Assembly: GCA_965655095.1 (NCBI GenBank)
Contig: OZ296649.1
Coordinates: 61,752,001-61,816,000, forward strand
DNA length: 64,000 bases
Source of the DNA: Haplodiscus bocki
Taxonomy: Eukaryota
Direction: 5' to 3'
Of this stretch, positions 23,828 to 37,431 are shown piece after piece (the first letter of the stretch is position 1; each line of letters starts with the position of its first letter). The notes under the pieces were generated by a model. That model had not been told where the DNA came from, ran no database searches, and saw nothing but the letters and a program-made list of their open reading frames with translations. Position numbers and translations under genes: made by a program.

Positions 23828-26601
23828 TTGCTGTTGAGGACGATTAATAAGGAATGGTTTCACAGAGTAGCAAGTTGCTGCTTTTATACGATTTCAATCG
23901 AATCAAACCTATCTTGTATGGAATTTCTTTCTTGGTCATTGAGACAAGGAATCTCCATAGACGGAAATTTTTCCTTTTTGGTCATTGCCATGACAAGCTT
24001 CCAAAATTGAAGGTCTTTCGGTTTTGGTGACTTCGTGCAACAAATAATGTCATTTTGTTTTTCAGATTCAATTGTTCACGAAACCGCATCAGTATTCAGA
24101 TGGTAGCTGCAATGTTACAACCAACCCGTCTCTACGCAAAAATACAGAAAGATGACTCTTTTCCGTTCTGGACAAAAAATTGTTTTCGACCTTAGCAATA
24201 GAAATTTTTATTGAATGAAAACCTGAAAGGAAAATTGAAAATCAGGTTTCGAATGGAACATTTTATGACATGTCACATTTTGAGTTTAAATGGTTTTTTG
24301 ATGCACCTGAAATTGAACAAAAAGTCGCATGCATAAGTCACTATTTGAGTCATTTTAGTTTGTGAAAACGTAAACATTTGCATTTTTGTACATTCAAACC
24401 AGCACGAATCTACAGCAAAAAAATAATGAAAAAAGTGTCCTTGTAGGGAAGGTTGCGTAATTGACAGAGAGTGAAAAATCTTCATATTCTCGTAGTATTG
24501 ATACAAAAAAGCATTTCCGTCTCTGCTCTGGTTATCGAACGATCAACTCCGTTTAAGAGCTGGAATTTGTTTTCGTGCAAATTGAAGTCAACTTTCCTCC
24601 TCCAAGCTCTTACTGCATTGGTAATCTCTGCAAACTATAATCCGACCCTGGACTCTGCTAGCTGGATCGGTTAGGACACGTACTGTACTACTTTAAAGCT
24701 GGATCGGTTAGGACACGTACTGCACTACTTTAAGGTTATGCTGTATATACCCAATCTTTTATGCCTATACTTTGAATAATGTTAGTTTCGTCTCGCATTA
24801 ATTAATGGGAGTTCATTCATTTTAAATAGCGATCTGGTCGATTCTCAAAGAAACTCGTAAGTTTTCGAGACGTTTTTCGGCGGTTTACGTTTTTAGCTTG
24901 TAATCATATATGAAAAAGTGTCGTTTCTTGGTAGGTCGAATTTTCCGAATGCGAAGAGATGAGAGGCAACCATACATTTTTGAGAAATCGTGTTTTACTG
25001 AAAAGATCAGTTTTTGTCCATATACGGAAGAGCTTCCATTTTTGGTTAAAATATAAGTTTTTCGAATTAGAGTCACCAAAGTAGAGGCTCCGCAAACTTC
25101 ACGCTGTATGTTGATCATTTCCAGCTACCAAATCTTCGGGGATTTTTTTCCCTACATGGCACTCAGAATCAGCTTGCAATTTCTTTGCATGCTAATTGGT
25201 CAACAAAAGTGGTTTTCAAAGTAAAAGTGTAAACTTTGCCCATTTATGTACATCTAGGTAATAGGATGTGTGGTTGTACGTCAATCAACTCATTTTTGTT
25301 TGAGAAGACAAAGCTGTTACAACAATAATGGCTGCTGTTGTGTTACAAGCAGAGCCCAGTTTTTATTCACATCACTCACAAATCTCCCACGGATCAATTT
25401 GAGAAACATCTACTTACTGGCGTTTTTTTTGCGGACTGAATCGCACTGCAAATTACTGTTCCTTATGTGATTGCCGTTACCACATACTACTCATTGAAAA
25501 AAATGGTATGAAACAATGGTTTGACAAGTTAAATGAGCATCAATTGACGTATCAGTTTGTGGATTGTTTTTACACCGTGTTCCTATTGAGATTCAATAAA
25601 AGAGTGTACTATAAAAGGACAATTTTTCGATATCATGGAGAGAGCCCTAAACTTTAACCAACACTTCAAATTAATTGCACGAATGCCAGGTGTCACTAAA
25701 GAGAGATTATTGAGGAAGGAATTCTTGAAACAGAAGCACTCAAATCCAAACAAGACAAACTATAAAAATAAGGCTGACAGAACTGCTGTAACGCATCGCA
25801 ATTATCAGTAGAAGTAAGCATTAGACCATTTTATAGAGAACCAGGGATTCGTTTCCTGATAGATTTGGTGATTTTGAAAGTGATTATGTATCATAAAGTA
25901 TTAAAAATTTAATGCAGCTTTGTTTTTAAAGCCTTAAGATGTCGGAATTTAGTCTCAACACTTAATGGGTAGAGCTTGGTCTAATGATAAATGGTTTTTG
26001 TTCTCTTTCCCAAAAAAATAGCCGAGAGCTGGGTGCTTCTCAATAACAGCTTGTCTATGCCTATTTCTGACAAACTTCCATATATTTTCAACCTGTCGCA
26101 ACCAAAAACATGCAGTTAGAATTGTTCCGAGGCACCAATCAATACAAAAATAAGTGTCCAGCCTTTTGAATAACCTACGAGCAGACACAGGAAAGATTCT
26201 CCTAATTTTATCCTAAACGAAATGTGGAAGTAGATGGAATCCATAATGCTCCATTGCATGAATAATTTCTATATATACGAGGTATTTGTTCAAATTCATA
26301 TTTCTATTTTTCTTTTCCAAACTTTCATTCACTTTTTTTTACACAGCATCAGGCATAAAATTGTCAGCTCCCTTGATAAAATACCCGCCGCTCTGTGCCG
26401 TGCGTCTACGACTCCCTCCCGCTTGCCCTTCCTTGATAAAGTATCCGCAGGTGTCATAAAATTACCACAGGCGTCATAAAGTATCCGCAGACTCAATAAA
26501 ATATCCGCCGCTGCCTCCAAAAAAATTCTCACTCCATCCTCCCAGGTTCGAATCCCCGTAGGCCCCTCGTCTTCCCCCTCCTCTGTTCACACTGTACTAC
26601 T
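23828..26601. repeat. Right arm of inverted duplication IR2, ending GTACTACT
   Basis: Reverse complement of the left arm, with GC-rich ~20-bp subterminal repeats (gtatccgcag/ataaa) and terminal TACTACT at 26595-26601. Confidence 0.9.
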
Positions 26602-26639
26602 GGACCCCCATTCGAACAAAACTTTTTTCGATACAAAAA

Positions 26640-26955
26640 ACCCATTGCATTGGAGTGAACCCTATTCATTGGAGTATCTTAATACATTGCGCCATCTCGG
26701 GCACCTAGTCTCACAGTGCCGAAAAGCCCGAACCCTATCTTAATACATTGATGTAGTATACCCTATCTTGGGATGGTCTCGCAGTGCCGAAATGTCTCCA
26801 CCAGTGCCGTACAGCCCATCTTGGGGTGAACCCTATCTTAATACATTGGGGCATCTTATTACATTGAGGTAGTATAGGCTATCTTGGGGTTGTCTCACAG
26901 TCCCGAAAAATCTCACTGCCGAAAATCCCTTTCTTAATACATTGACCCAACGTAT
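26640..26955. repeat. Interleaved short repeats (cctatcttaatacattg; tctcacagtgccgaaa), probably the subterminal region of a DNA transposon
   Basis: About 5 copies of tatcttaatacattg and 3-4 of cagtgccgaaa. Confidence 0.6.
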
Positions 26956-27149
26956 TAACAGAGGAGCCAAGAAGCGGCTTCTTGGCCTGAACACCGGTTT
27001 TGAGCTCCATTCGGCTCTCGGATCGCTACACCCTACATTAATACGTGGAGGCGCCTCCACCCTCCCCCCGTCTGATCAGCTCACTCTGTTACTACTGGGT
27101 TCAGCTGAGGCACCAAGTGCAATAACTGGTTTTCATTCAAGCATACGCT

Positions 27150-29290
27150 CGAACGTCAGCCGCAGACAAGGAAACAAGTAGTGACTTCTACGGAACAATA
27201 CCAGAAACAAAGTCGAGATATAAGCACGACGCTATTACGGTGCAAAAGCCATACCAAAACTTTTTGCGGTATGTATTACGACAAGTCAAAAAAAATTGCT
27301 TATAGGAACAAGCCCTGATTCATTACACAGAAACAGATCGATTTTGTTTTGACCCATAAGAAAATCAGAAACGCTCTTGTATCGATGTGCTGACCAGCGA
27401 GCTGACCGATTTAGATCACAACTTTTTGGTTAGCAAACTTAGACTGCGTTAGCAGTGAAAAGCTGAGGAGAAAGATGGCCAGCTTTGACGTGACTTCAAT
27501 GATCCTAATAAGGAGAAAAAAAGATAAGAACGAGCTTTCGGGAGAGTATGAAGAGAATAGTCCAAAAATGAGTTTGAAAGGGCCCTTGCTGCGTTCAATG
27601 AAGCAAGTAGCACTACATAAAAACCATCAAACCAAAAATGTGGATAAACACTGACAGTCTGGAATTCAGGGAGAAGTGGACACACCGAAAAAGCGAGGCT
27701 CAAAAACACAAAGAGCTCTCTAAAACAGTCAGTCGTAATGAGGCCTAAGAAGCGAACTCACACTAAACTTGCGCCCCCGTGGAGAAAAGTTGGAGGCTGA
27801 CGCCGAATGAAGCCCACCAAAAAATTCAACAGCAAACCGGTAGAAGAGAGCGAACGCCAAATTTTTGAGCCGGTGGGAGGAGTAGGTACGCGATCTTTAC
27901 AGCGCCGCCTCAAGAATCAGAGAGCCGGCTGATTCCATTGGTCTCCTATCAGGTGAGAGATGACTGGAAGCGAATTGAATAATGCTTTTCGGAAAACCAG
28001 ACGACGAAAAGCACCCGGTTCTGATAATGTTACTACTCAAAAGTTTGACCTTCTATCGAACGATGGGATGCAAATAATGCATGCAATGAGCAAGAAAATT
28101 TTAAGTCAGGGGCTTGTTGAAGGATTTCTGACGAATTTGAAGTTCTCAACTTCACACCAGAAACACTCGGCATCGTTTGAAGTCCCAAACATTCAGCTGG
28201 TCTTCTCATGGGATTCAGATTTTACTCAGAGGATGTCTGGTCAGAGTGAAAGGCGGAGCTCTTGAGGAAAATCTGACACAGTATTTGAGTTTCTACCTTA
28301 TTGTGGGACTAGAAATGCAGTCTTCCTGCTGAAAAATTTGATGAAGGATCAATTGAAGTTCGACAAAACGTCTCTCTTTGCTTTATAGACTACAAATAAG
28401 CATTTGCTAGGGTTAAACACAATGAAGTTATCCACATTCTTGACAAAATTGGCCTCGATGCCAAAGATTTAGGACTGATTCAGAAAGTGTTACAATGAAA
28501 CAGCTATATTTCGAACGAATAAGGAAGATTCGAACCATTTACAAATACAGAGGTCAGACAGGGGTGCTGTTTAACCGGACCTGTTTGACTTACACCACGA
28601 GATATTGAGACCCCTCGATGATCAAGGATATTTGCATTGGAAACAGGATTTTGAAAAATATTCGCTATGCAGTCGACAGTATGCTGCTAACTTCAACTTA
28701 ATATGGGCCACAGACACTGCTGGATCAAACAGTCGAAGAAAAGCGCAAGTACGGTATGTAGTTGAACATGGACAAGACAAACGTGACAGTTGTAATGAAA
28801 GAAGACATCCCACAACTGAACGTGGCAGACAGTGAAGTAAAATTAAAGTTAGTTCAAATAGCCCAGACCTATTGTAAACTATGACGCTAGCGACGAAGTC
28901 GAAATAAACATCAGATTAGTGGCAGCACAGAATGCTTTCAATGATTTGAGATCAATACCCTGCAATAAAAAGCTGTTGTTCTGGGTTTAAAAAAAGTCCG
29001 TTACTGCATATGTGATTTCAAAATCATGTTACAATTGTGAGACCAGGAACATTTAGACGAAGTTTAGACGAAAAGAAAATGAAACAAAATCGAAGTGGTG
29101 TTTCCGGTGAATGCAACCAATTTCATGCACACAGTCTAAGACAAACGAGCAGGCCACCGAAAAACTGTAACACTGATGGATTCACTTTGCGATCCATTGA
29201 CGTCAAGGAAACATTCCTATCTCAAACGGAAAGATGTGCCAATATTCTAATTCACAGGTCTTATCAACATTACAACTGGAGAATATATAT
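27150..29290 (+). mobile_element. Decayed RTE-clade LINE (EN end plus RT)
   Basis: Fragmented motifs: DHNFLVSKLRL (~27415), KAPGSDNV (~28010), GTRNAVFLL (~28306), CFIDY (~28378), RQGC (~28555), RYAVD (~28663). Confidence 0.75.
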
Positions 29291-30349
29291 ATAGCTCTGT
29301 CCGCCAAGGCTTTGAACAGGCTCGGCAACTGAGAAAGAGTGCTGAATTGCTTTATAACAGTACCGTACATTTAAGGCATCGCTCTTTTTGCGTGAGGCTG
29401 TTTGTTAACTCTATTCAACAGACTCACAATTTTCATGCCGTAAAAATGATATCCCCATGGGGACGTTCCGTTTTTGTAGCGTACACGAATTATCTGTGCT
29501 CAAGCATTGTTTATATCGGGTAAAATTGCTCATTCCTCTTGATGCTTTCCTAATCTCCCATTTTGTTTGGCAGATTCTTCTTTCTAAGCACTTCCCCAAC
29601 GTTGCCTTCCATATTCCATTTTGGTTGCGGAGATGAAAAAGTTTATATTGCATTCTGTAGGCAGAGTTCGACTTTCTTCATTATGGCCACATGTTACATT
29701 GGGCGTTTCTGCTCTTACATTTTGTATACGTACAACAGTGTGCGCTCAAGACACGGAAAGTTATTGTCCCTGAGTATGGCTCCTACCGCAGCCCGAGAAG
29801 AAGGATTACTTATACAAGTTCCCGACCCATCACACTTGAAAAATAAAAAAACTTCACTAAAATTCAATAACAACAAAACTCACCTTCTGGCTTAATATCT
29901 ATGAAACATTATAGATTGAACAGTGGTTCAAACTAACCTCGACCAGCTCATTATACTCGTTGAGAAACAAGGCATCAGGGTTTGCCCCTCCAATCCATCG
30001 TACCTCAACATTATGGCTGTAACACATCTGAATGAAAAAAAACACAGACTGGAGTCTTCGTAACTGAATAAAATTGATACTTACTATAATGGAACCACTT
30101 GATTTAAGAACCGCTTCACATCAGGGAAGCGGTTCAATTTTCATCCACTGCAACTCTAAAGCAAAAGTCAACTTTGTGCAAACTAGCCCATGAAGCACAA
30201 TTAAACAATTAATGGGTCTTTTGAATTTGTTCCCCTCCCATGATTTACTATTCGCCCCCTTTTTATTATATCTATAGCAATTCGAAATATCAAAAGACAA
30301 CACAAAATCATCAAATGAATCTAAATTCTGAATAATTACAATAGGATTC

Positions 30350-31100
30350 CGAAAATCACGAACATCGAGTAGTGATAGTTAAATAGAGTGAGCGGTCATC
30401 CAAAAAAGAACAAAAACATTCATCTAACCTCGATTCGGCAAGAGTATACGGCATTTTTATCACTGGCACTGCAAAATGTGAGTAGCGCCAAATACAGAAA
30501 GCTGGCGGCACTCAAAGCTGCTAACTTCATTCTTCTGAAAACGATTAAATGAAATTGAATTCTAAATTATTAACCGCAATTGAGTTGTATAGGTACTACA
30601 GTACGAGCCTGTATAAATTACTTTTTCCCACCGATCGGTGACTATTTAAAACATCATTGAGTCAGGGCTGGATCAAAATCGTCTTTGGACAGAAAATTTA
30701 GAGAGAACTTTGTGACAAAACCCACTACTTATTTTTTGTGATTGAGAGAGCTTGAAAATCATTCATTTCAATTCGAAAAAACTATTGCACTTCTTTCGGA
30801 CAATGATTGGAAATTTAGTATGTTCCAACATAATCACCCAATCACTGAAAATTGACAGTTTCATTATAGGGATGATTCTAATGAAGTTGAGAAAAAGAGT
30901 GAAAAACTGTTTTACTATTTTTGGAACGAAAGAATCAATGATATTAAAAACATCAGAACAGAAGATATATCCAGATAGAGTGAAGTCTGTCAAATGTGTA
31001 AGGAATACTTTAGAACTACTGAAAACTCCCAGGCTATTTGCAGATTGCCTACATGATAGCAGCCTCAGAGGACGCGAATTTTGAAACTTTGAGCTGAAGA
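30350..31100 (-). mobile_element. Very decayed LINE RT fragment
   Basis: NSRPLRLLS resembles the YRPISLL motif; downstream remnants are weak. Confidence 0.35.
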
Positions 31101-31299
31101 TGTGGAATATTCTAATTGTCATCTTTATTGAAAGCTTCAATACTCGCCGATCGATGACATACCAATGTTGAATCATCTTCCAGCCGCGCCATAATATCTA
31201 ACAGTACAGCACTCGTGATAAGATCCGTGTGTAATATTAGGCTTGCCATATGAACAGCGGTCGCCATAGGTTCTGGTGCTCCGGCTACTGAATTCACTT

Positions 31300-33760
31300 G
31301 ACCGAACCCAACCGGTTGCCGCTGCAGTTAATATTTTGCAGAAGAGCATAAGAAGGGTAAATGACCCAGCTGTTGCTGATCTGGGCTTGGAACTGTCCAG
31401 GCGGTCCAGGGATTTCGGTTACCTGACCCTTTCGATCTGATCTCCGTTGTAGCCAAACTCCATTTGCTGCTGAACTCCTTACATTGAAAACCTAGGGTGA
31501 CACAGCCATTACGGTGAGACATCGAAACAAAATGGGAAATCTATTTAGTACAGACAATAGACAAAAAAATTATTGCTGGAATTGTCCAGTGAAAAGTTGG
31601 AAAGCAGCTGCAGGTGCTGCACTTAGTGTTCACAGGTCTCATTGTCGGGAAACGCATGCAGCTGCACTTTCAAAAAATGGTCCTTCAGTGAGTCGTTCCC
31701 AGTGAACAAACTGGCGGGCAACAAATCAAATAGTAATCGATACGCTGAGCAAAAAACGCACCTCAATTAGAAAAACTTCCCTATCATTTGCGACTGAAAA
31801 CTGTCATCATCATCCGCACAACGTCTCAAAAATGACATTAGTAAGCTAGAAACGGAAATTCGACATTCTGTTTCAATTGAAGAGATCTTTTTTCAACGCG
31901 TATCAGTACAAAACCAATAAATTTGACTAGGGACAAACGACGTTGGCATCAATTGCCAGACTTCTGTCGCTAAACCTTAATGGCAGCACTGTGTCTACAG
32001 GCCAACGCTGCAAATACGGCACTGTCCAGGAAAAAGCGAGCCCTGGCGTGAAGTCTACTAGAAATCAAATCCAACAAATCGTTCTTCTAATCGCGTAGTG
32101 ACACTGGAGTGTTTCGACAGTTTTTTTGAACACGGTGGAGTCGTCGCCATAAATGTCTTTCAGCTTTTCATTAGAGGCTGTGAAAGTGATAAACTGAAAG
32201 AAAGGGGAACGCCAATGAAGACACGGAGGGATAAAAAAAATTCATGCGACTTCCATCGCCAGTGTTTGCCTTGGCGTGCTCAACAGGTAGCCACACTATG
32301 GTTTAGTAGAGCACATGAAGACATGCTTTCTGCAACTGCAATACGGACGTCCTCAGGCACAGATAAGATTGACTCGCCAGAAACATTTTTTCTCGGAAAC
32401 GCATTTGAAGAGGTTTTCTGAAAAGATTCAGTTAGTGGAAAAGAGAGCTTCACACGTATCACAGTTTTCCTGAGACGTCTCTTATTCCGGAAATTGAATC
32501 TCGGTGGTGAAAGTAACCATCGACAAAGCGCGTTTTTTCTCTTCTGCAAGCTAAGTAGGCAGGAAGAAATTTCATGCACGCCGTGCTTTGAGCTCGGCCA
32601 GCGAACTGTTGAGGAACGCAAACGTTCTAGACTACAAAGTCTTTGAAAGAGCTTTCCTGGCTTTAGTAGTTGGTCCAACCACCAACATCCCATCATCACA
32701 AAACTGCACGTCAAATTTGAGAGATATTTGAGCAGTTATGTGGTCAGTAAATTGAAGAGGTGAAAGTGCAAACAACAAAGGCCCTGAAGAGTCAATCTGC
32801 TGTATGTAGGCGAACATTGAACAAGTAACTTTTCAAAATCCAAAGATCTTCTCAACGGAACAGTTGGACCTATTGAAAAGTTTAGGATCAATATCAGGAA
32901 AACCTGGCTGGCACAAATGCTCATAGGCAGTTTCGGGGTCAACTTTCAAAAGTCAATGATGACTTTCGTCGTTACTGTTTGGCTCCAGAAAATCGCTGAC
33001 GGATTGAATTTTACACTATTAATCTGAGCAAACACCGACACCTAATTGTGATTGGAAAAGTTGGCTCCATAACCACATTGTTATCAGAGCCACTGACGCG
33101 TTTCCTCCAGATAATATGGCCTCAATTCCTTCAAAATAAAATTTTTCAGAGCAACTGTTCTGCCACCACAGAAATGCCTACGATTCCACTCAAAAATGGT
33201 TTTCTCAATGTTTCTTTTTACAAATTCTAACTGTTTCTCGGCCGTTGCTGATTCGTTGCTTGACTCATTATCTCTCAAATTTCTGAACACTAAAGTAGAC
33301 CTCCTAGAAGCAGAAATCTTAGCAAAACTGCGGCCGGCTTCACATGCTTCCGTGGTTGTTGTCGCAAATCATTTCGCAGTCGGTAGAACCGCTTAACAAC
33401 AAGGCTGTCCCTGCAGACATTCAGTCCACAGAGAGTTGATTATCTCATCCCAATTGTTGACAATGCCATTGGGAAGACACTGTTCAAAATTTCCCCTATT
33501 TTGATCGTAGACCACATGGAGCGTTCAGTGGGAATTCTGTTCAGTTTCACAACCTTTTTGTTTAGGTTTCTCTCCTGCTATTCTGCAAACTGTCTGAGGC
33601 AGTCCAACTAAAAAGAGCTGAAATCATTTGCCATCTGTTTGTCAAGGAAGGGCATTGCCGAGTTGATTAGTTCGCAATTTTTTGAGGTCCTGTTTTTGAC
33701 AGTAAACGATGGGAGAACACTGGAAGCATGAAAAGTCTTTTGAAACCGTCTTCTGGATCT
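31300..33760 (-). mobile_element. Decayed CRE-clade (RLE-type) non-LTR retrotransposon
   Basis: FCGGRTVALK..ELRP (33084..33290-) and QQIDSSGPLLFAL...FCDDG (32632..32817-) resemble the QQGDPLGPLLF/YLDD motifs. C-terminal remnants near 31320-31500. Confidence 0.7.
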
Positions 33761-34199
33761 TGATTTTTGAAAAAATTAGTGAAGATGCAAATGAATGCTC
33801 CAGCCGTAGTTACAGATACTATTGTATATGGCAAAATGTGGGAAGCCCTCAGTCAGAGAAGTAGTCTCTTTGTTATTGAAAACGTTTCCAACAACAGTTC
33901 CTTCCGAGGGTAACGGCGGAGAAACCAATCCGTGCTCAAGGTTACAATGCGCAACAAAATCAAAATACCACTGTTTCTGCTTGTGTGGTGAGTTAACCAA
34001 GACACCACATTAAAAGGATTAACTGAATCGGCACCTTAACAGAAGGGAAAATTGGATTAGGTTGTTTGTGAGTTTTGGCATGACAACTTTTTTGGTGAGA
34101 GTTGCCATGACTGAAATAGGGTTGCTTTGTTTTGCCCCGCATCTATATAAAATAGCTGACAGTTTAAAATTCGTTGAGATTCCGTTTAGAGTCTTCAAT

Positions 34200-36722
34200 T
34201 TTTAAGTTTTTAAACATGTTAATTATTCTACATGATCTATAAAAACATTGAGTTTTATAGTAAACTAAGTAGAGGACGTTTGGGGTTAAGAATCGTGGAT
34301 GAGGCTCCAAAACGGGCGAAACCAGATGTGAATGATAGGATAATTTAGGCTTGGCCCAGAGTTTTCGATGTTAAAAGGCAGTTGGCCTTGGTTTGGGTGT
34401 CGCGGATGGCGCATACTTTGGGTGGCCCGGAGTTTTCAAGGTTGAAAGGCAACTGGCCTTGTTTGGATGTCGCAGATGGGTCATTTCATTGGGTGTCGTG
34501 TTTCAGAAGAGCGTTAGTTCAGCATTGAATTCGAAGTTTCTATGGCATATGGGTCCCACGCCCTTTGGGGGGTTTTGTGTCTCGATCTGGCTCCGCGTAG
34601 GCACATTATGCATGCTTTGATGCAAGCAAAACTCATTCGGTTTCGCAGCCAGTTGATAGTTTTGTGATATGGCAAGTCCATCTTTTCCACCAAACTACTC
34701 GCTAGCTGTTTCACCAATGCTTTCGTCGCAGGGGCTTGTCCTCCCGTGGCGGCCATGACGATTGGGCAAAAGGAGGCGCCTTCTATGTCTCTCACTCGAG
34801 CTTCACATGTTCTTCGTTTTTCGGTCTCGTGCTTTCGGTATACAGATGGGAGGTTCTCAGTAGCGTTGGATGCGGCCAGGGGGTTGAACACGCGTACGTC
34901 AAAAAAGGTGCGTTCGAACCTGCCTCTTCAAACTCCACTTGCTGATATATCCAATCTGGCTCCGTCTTGCACATTAGTTCCCGCCGGCAGCTCGCGGTCT
35001 ACTTGTTGGAGTTGTGGCTCCGTTGCAACGTCATGGCATGTTTCCGTCATTACGTTGGCTAATAGGTCCCGTATTTCATTGTGTCTTATTATGGGAAAAT
35101 CACCCGTTGGGCACGATAGTGCATGTTCGACGTCGAATGGCTTGCTGCACACGCATTTTGTTGGCATGTGATCGGGCTGCAGGCCATAGCGGATAGCCAT
35201 TGCGTCTCTGAAGCTGGATTTGTTTACGCAATAACCTTCAGATTCGATTGGCAGCACGTTGAGCCAGGCTGACGCTCCTTTTTTTTGGCTAGTGACACAC
35301 ATTTTTTCAGTGGCGCCGGTAACTCGTTCGTGATCGAAAGAGATTTAGTTTTTATGCGCTCACTTCGCGTTTTCTGTTCTCTGGTTTTGATTTGTTGTTG
35401 CAATTTGGATATTTCGTACATGTTGCAGGGGCTATTGTTTACTACTGCTTGGACTAACGGTTCGCAGATGGCAGACGACGTCTTGTACATTGCATCTATA
35501 TCCTGTAGGTCTGGGAGTCCGAGGCCGCCTTCACGTACGGGAAGTAAGAGAAGCTGACGTAAATGATCTGCCACTCCCCTGCCTATGATTGCGTTTATGA
35601 AGTCCTTTTCGATAAGATTGTGAAGTGGTGCAAGCAGTTCCTGTATGTTGGGCGTGGTGCGAGCTATGAAGCTGTATTTGTTCATCAGTCCACGTGTGAC
35701 ATGCCAGGGCTGCTTGGGGTTCAACCTTTCCAATCTCGGTGAGCGCTTCCAGTTCTTTAGTCCATTCCTCGAGCTTGGCATTCACGTGTGCGTTGATAAA
35801 AGATGTGCTGCCAACGGCAGAGCCCAGGATTCGTGCGCCGTCACGCACTATTTCTATTCCTGTGCCTTCAAATAGTCTCCGCGCATCATCGATCAGGTGT
35901 GGCTTGACGAGGATCTTGGTCTTTCTGGCGTTCGGGAAGTATCCTAGGGGTGGGCCCGACGCTGTGATTTTGTCCCACCACTCCTTGAGTGACTGCAGCT
36001 TTCCACATCCGGTTGCATCATCAGCAATCCAGACTTGGCGGCATCCATGTGTCTCTGTTCGTTTGATTAACGGCATTGCGGCAAGGGCAAACATCGGCAT
36101 TGCGAGTGGGTCTCCTTGAGTGGTACCTTCTTCAGAGAGGATAAAGCTATTGTCGATATTTAAGTGTGATGGTTTCCTGTAGAAGTTCCCACATAAGGTT
36201 GCGAATGGTGGGCAGATTTCCTCAATGTTTCTGAGCGCTGTTGTTCGGTTTAATTCGTTGAACGCATTGCTGGCATCTATAAGCAGTAGACCCTCGCAGT
36301 CGTCCTCAGCAAATATCTCTCTGATGCTGTGAATGGCTGCTTCACAGCCTGCCTCCTGCCCAGCTGCGAGTTGTTGATGACCCGATATTTCACGTATTAG
36401 TGGTTTCAGCACGCTCAGGCAAACTTTGCCTATGAGTCTACTCAGCACGTCGCAGATTTCGATTGGTCTGATTCCCGAGTTTTTGTCCAGGGCTATGAGT
36501 CTGCAATCGCGAAGGTTGGCGGTGTATATCGGGTCTACTGTGGTCAAACAGAGTTTGCGCGCAACAAGGGCAATTGCGTTGCAGAGGTCATCGGAGGGCC
36601 GTCCATGCTCGGTTAACATTCTCTTCCAGTGGGTGGAGTCCGCTCCGGACGGTCCCCCGGATCCGCCTAGCTGGAGTGCACGTTGGCGCACTAGCGCACC
36701 AGTTATGTTGTCAAATAGTACT
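34200..36722 (-). mobile_element. 5'-truncated CRE-clade non-LTR retrotransposon (RT + zinc finger + restriction-like endonuclease), frameshifted
   Basis: RT motifs RLIALDK..IRPI, IDASNAFN, GTTQGDPLAMPMF, WIADD and EGGLGL; CxC..HALSC..RHNEIRD; RLDI..FDVRVFNP..EKRR RLE. 10-bp TSD AGTCTTCAAT at 34190-34199 and 36723-36732, with an A-rich tail. Confidence 0.92.
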
Positions 36723-37270
36723 AGTCTTCAATAGCCTTTATGGGCTCGATTGAAACAAGATACTCCCTAAGTCGACGTTTTAATTCTTCTTCTACTTGTA
36801 CTTCTTTTCACAGGTTTTGCGACATCGGGAGATTTTTTTGGACAACATGTAAATGATTATGGCACCAAATACTGTTCCCATTTCTGATTCAAAATGGGAT
36901 TTTTTTGGCTATATTCTTACTGCAAAAAATCCTGCGTGATTTTAACCTCCATGATTTTTTCTGCTCAACGGACAAGAAACATCTGAACCTTTCTCAATCA
37001 AATGGAAAACTTCAAGAGTTGACACTTGAAGATTCATTCAGATCCTGTTCATAGACTTCATTACGTTTTAGGGCTTCGAGCGAAACGAGAAAGTCCTAAT
37101 GTCGACGCTTTGTTCTTTCTTTGCTTTTTTAATTTTTGTTTCACCGTTTTGGTGACATCGGCAGAAGACTCTTTTGAAGGCACCTAAATTTTCGCGCCTA
37201 TAGCATTAAGCGGTGTACCATTTCCTGATTTCTTTTACATTTTTTGTCTACATTTTTTTGCAAAACTTCC

Positions 37271-37431
37271 CGAGTTTCATTCCCGGGCTGGGGGTCTCCC
37301 TTACTATCTGGGGTGGTTGAAAGTTGAACGTTCAGGAAAAATCAGTATTTCCTGGAACTTCCAGTGTCGTTTTTTCTTCACCCAGAACCGTACTTCGAGG
37401 CGAATGACCTTCAGACGGTTCCACATCAAAA
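37271..37431 (+). repeat. ~160-bp near-identical direct copy of 38580-38738
   Basis: cgagtttcattcccgggctggggg...ccacatcaaaa occurs twice, differing by one substitution and a 2-bp indel. Confidence 0.95.

Noticed and set aside
26545-26555. B-box/T-loop motif GGTTCGAATCC (tRNA or SINE?)
   Set aside because: No A-box, cloverleaf or tail; it is an isolated motif within the IR2 terminus.
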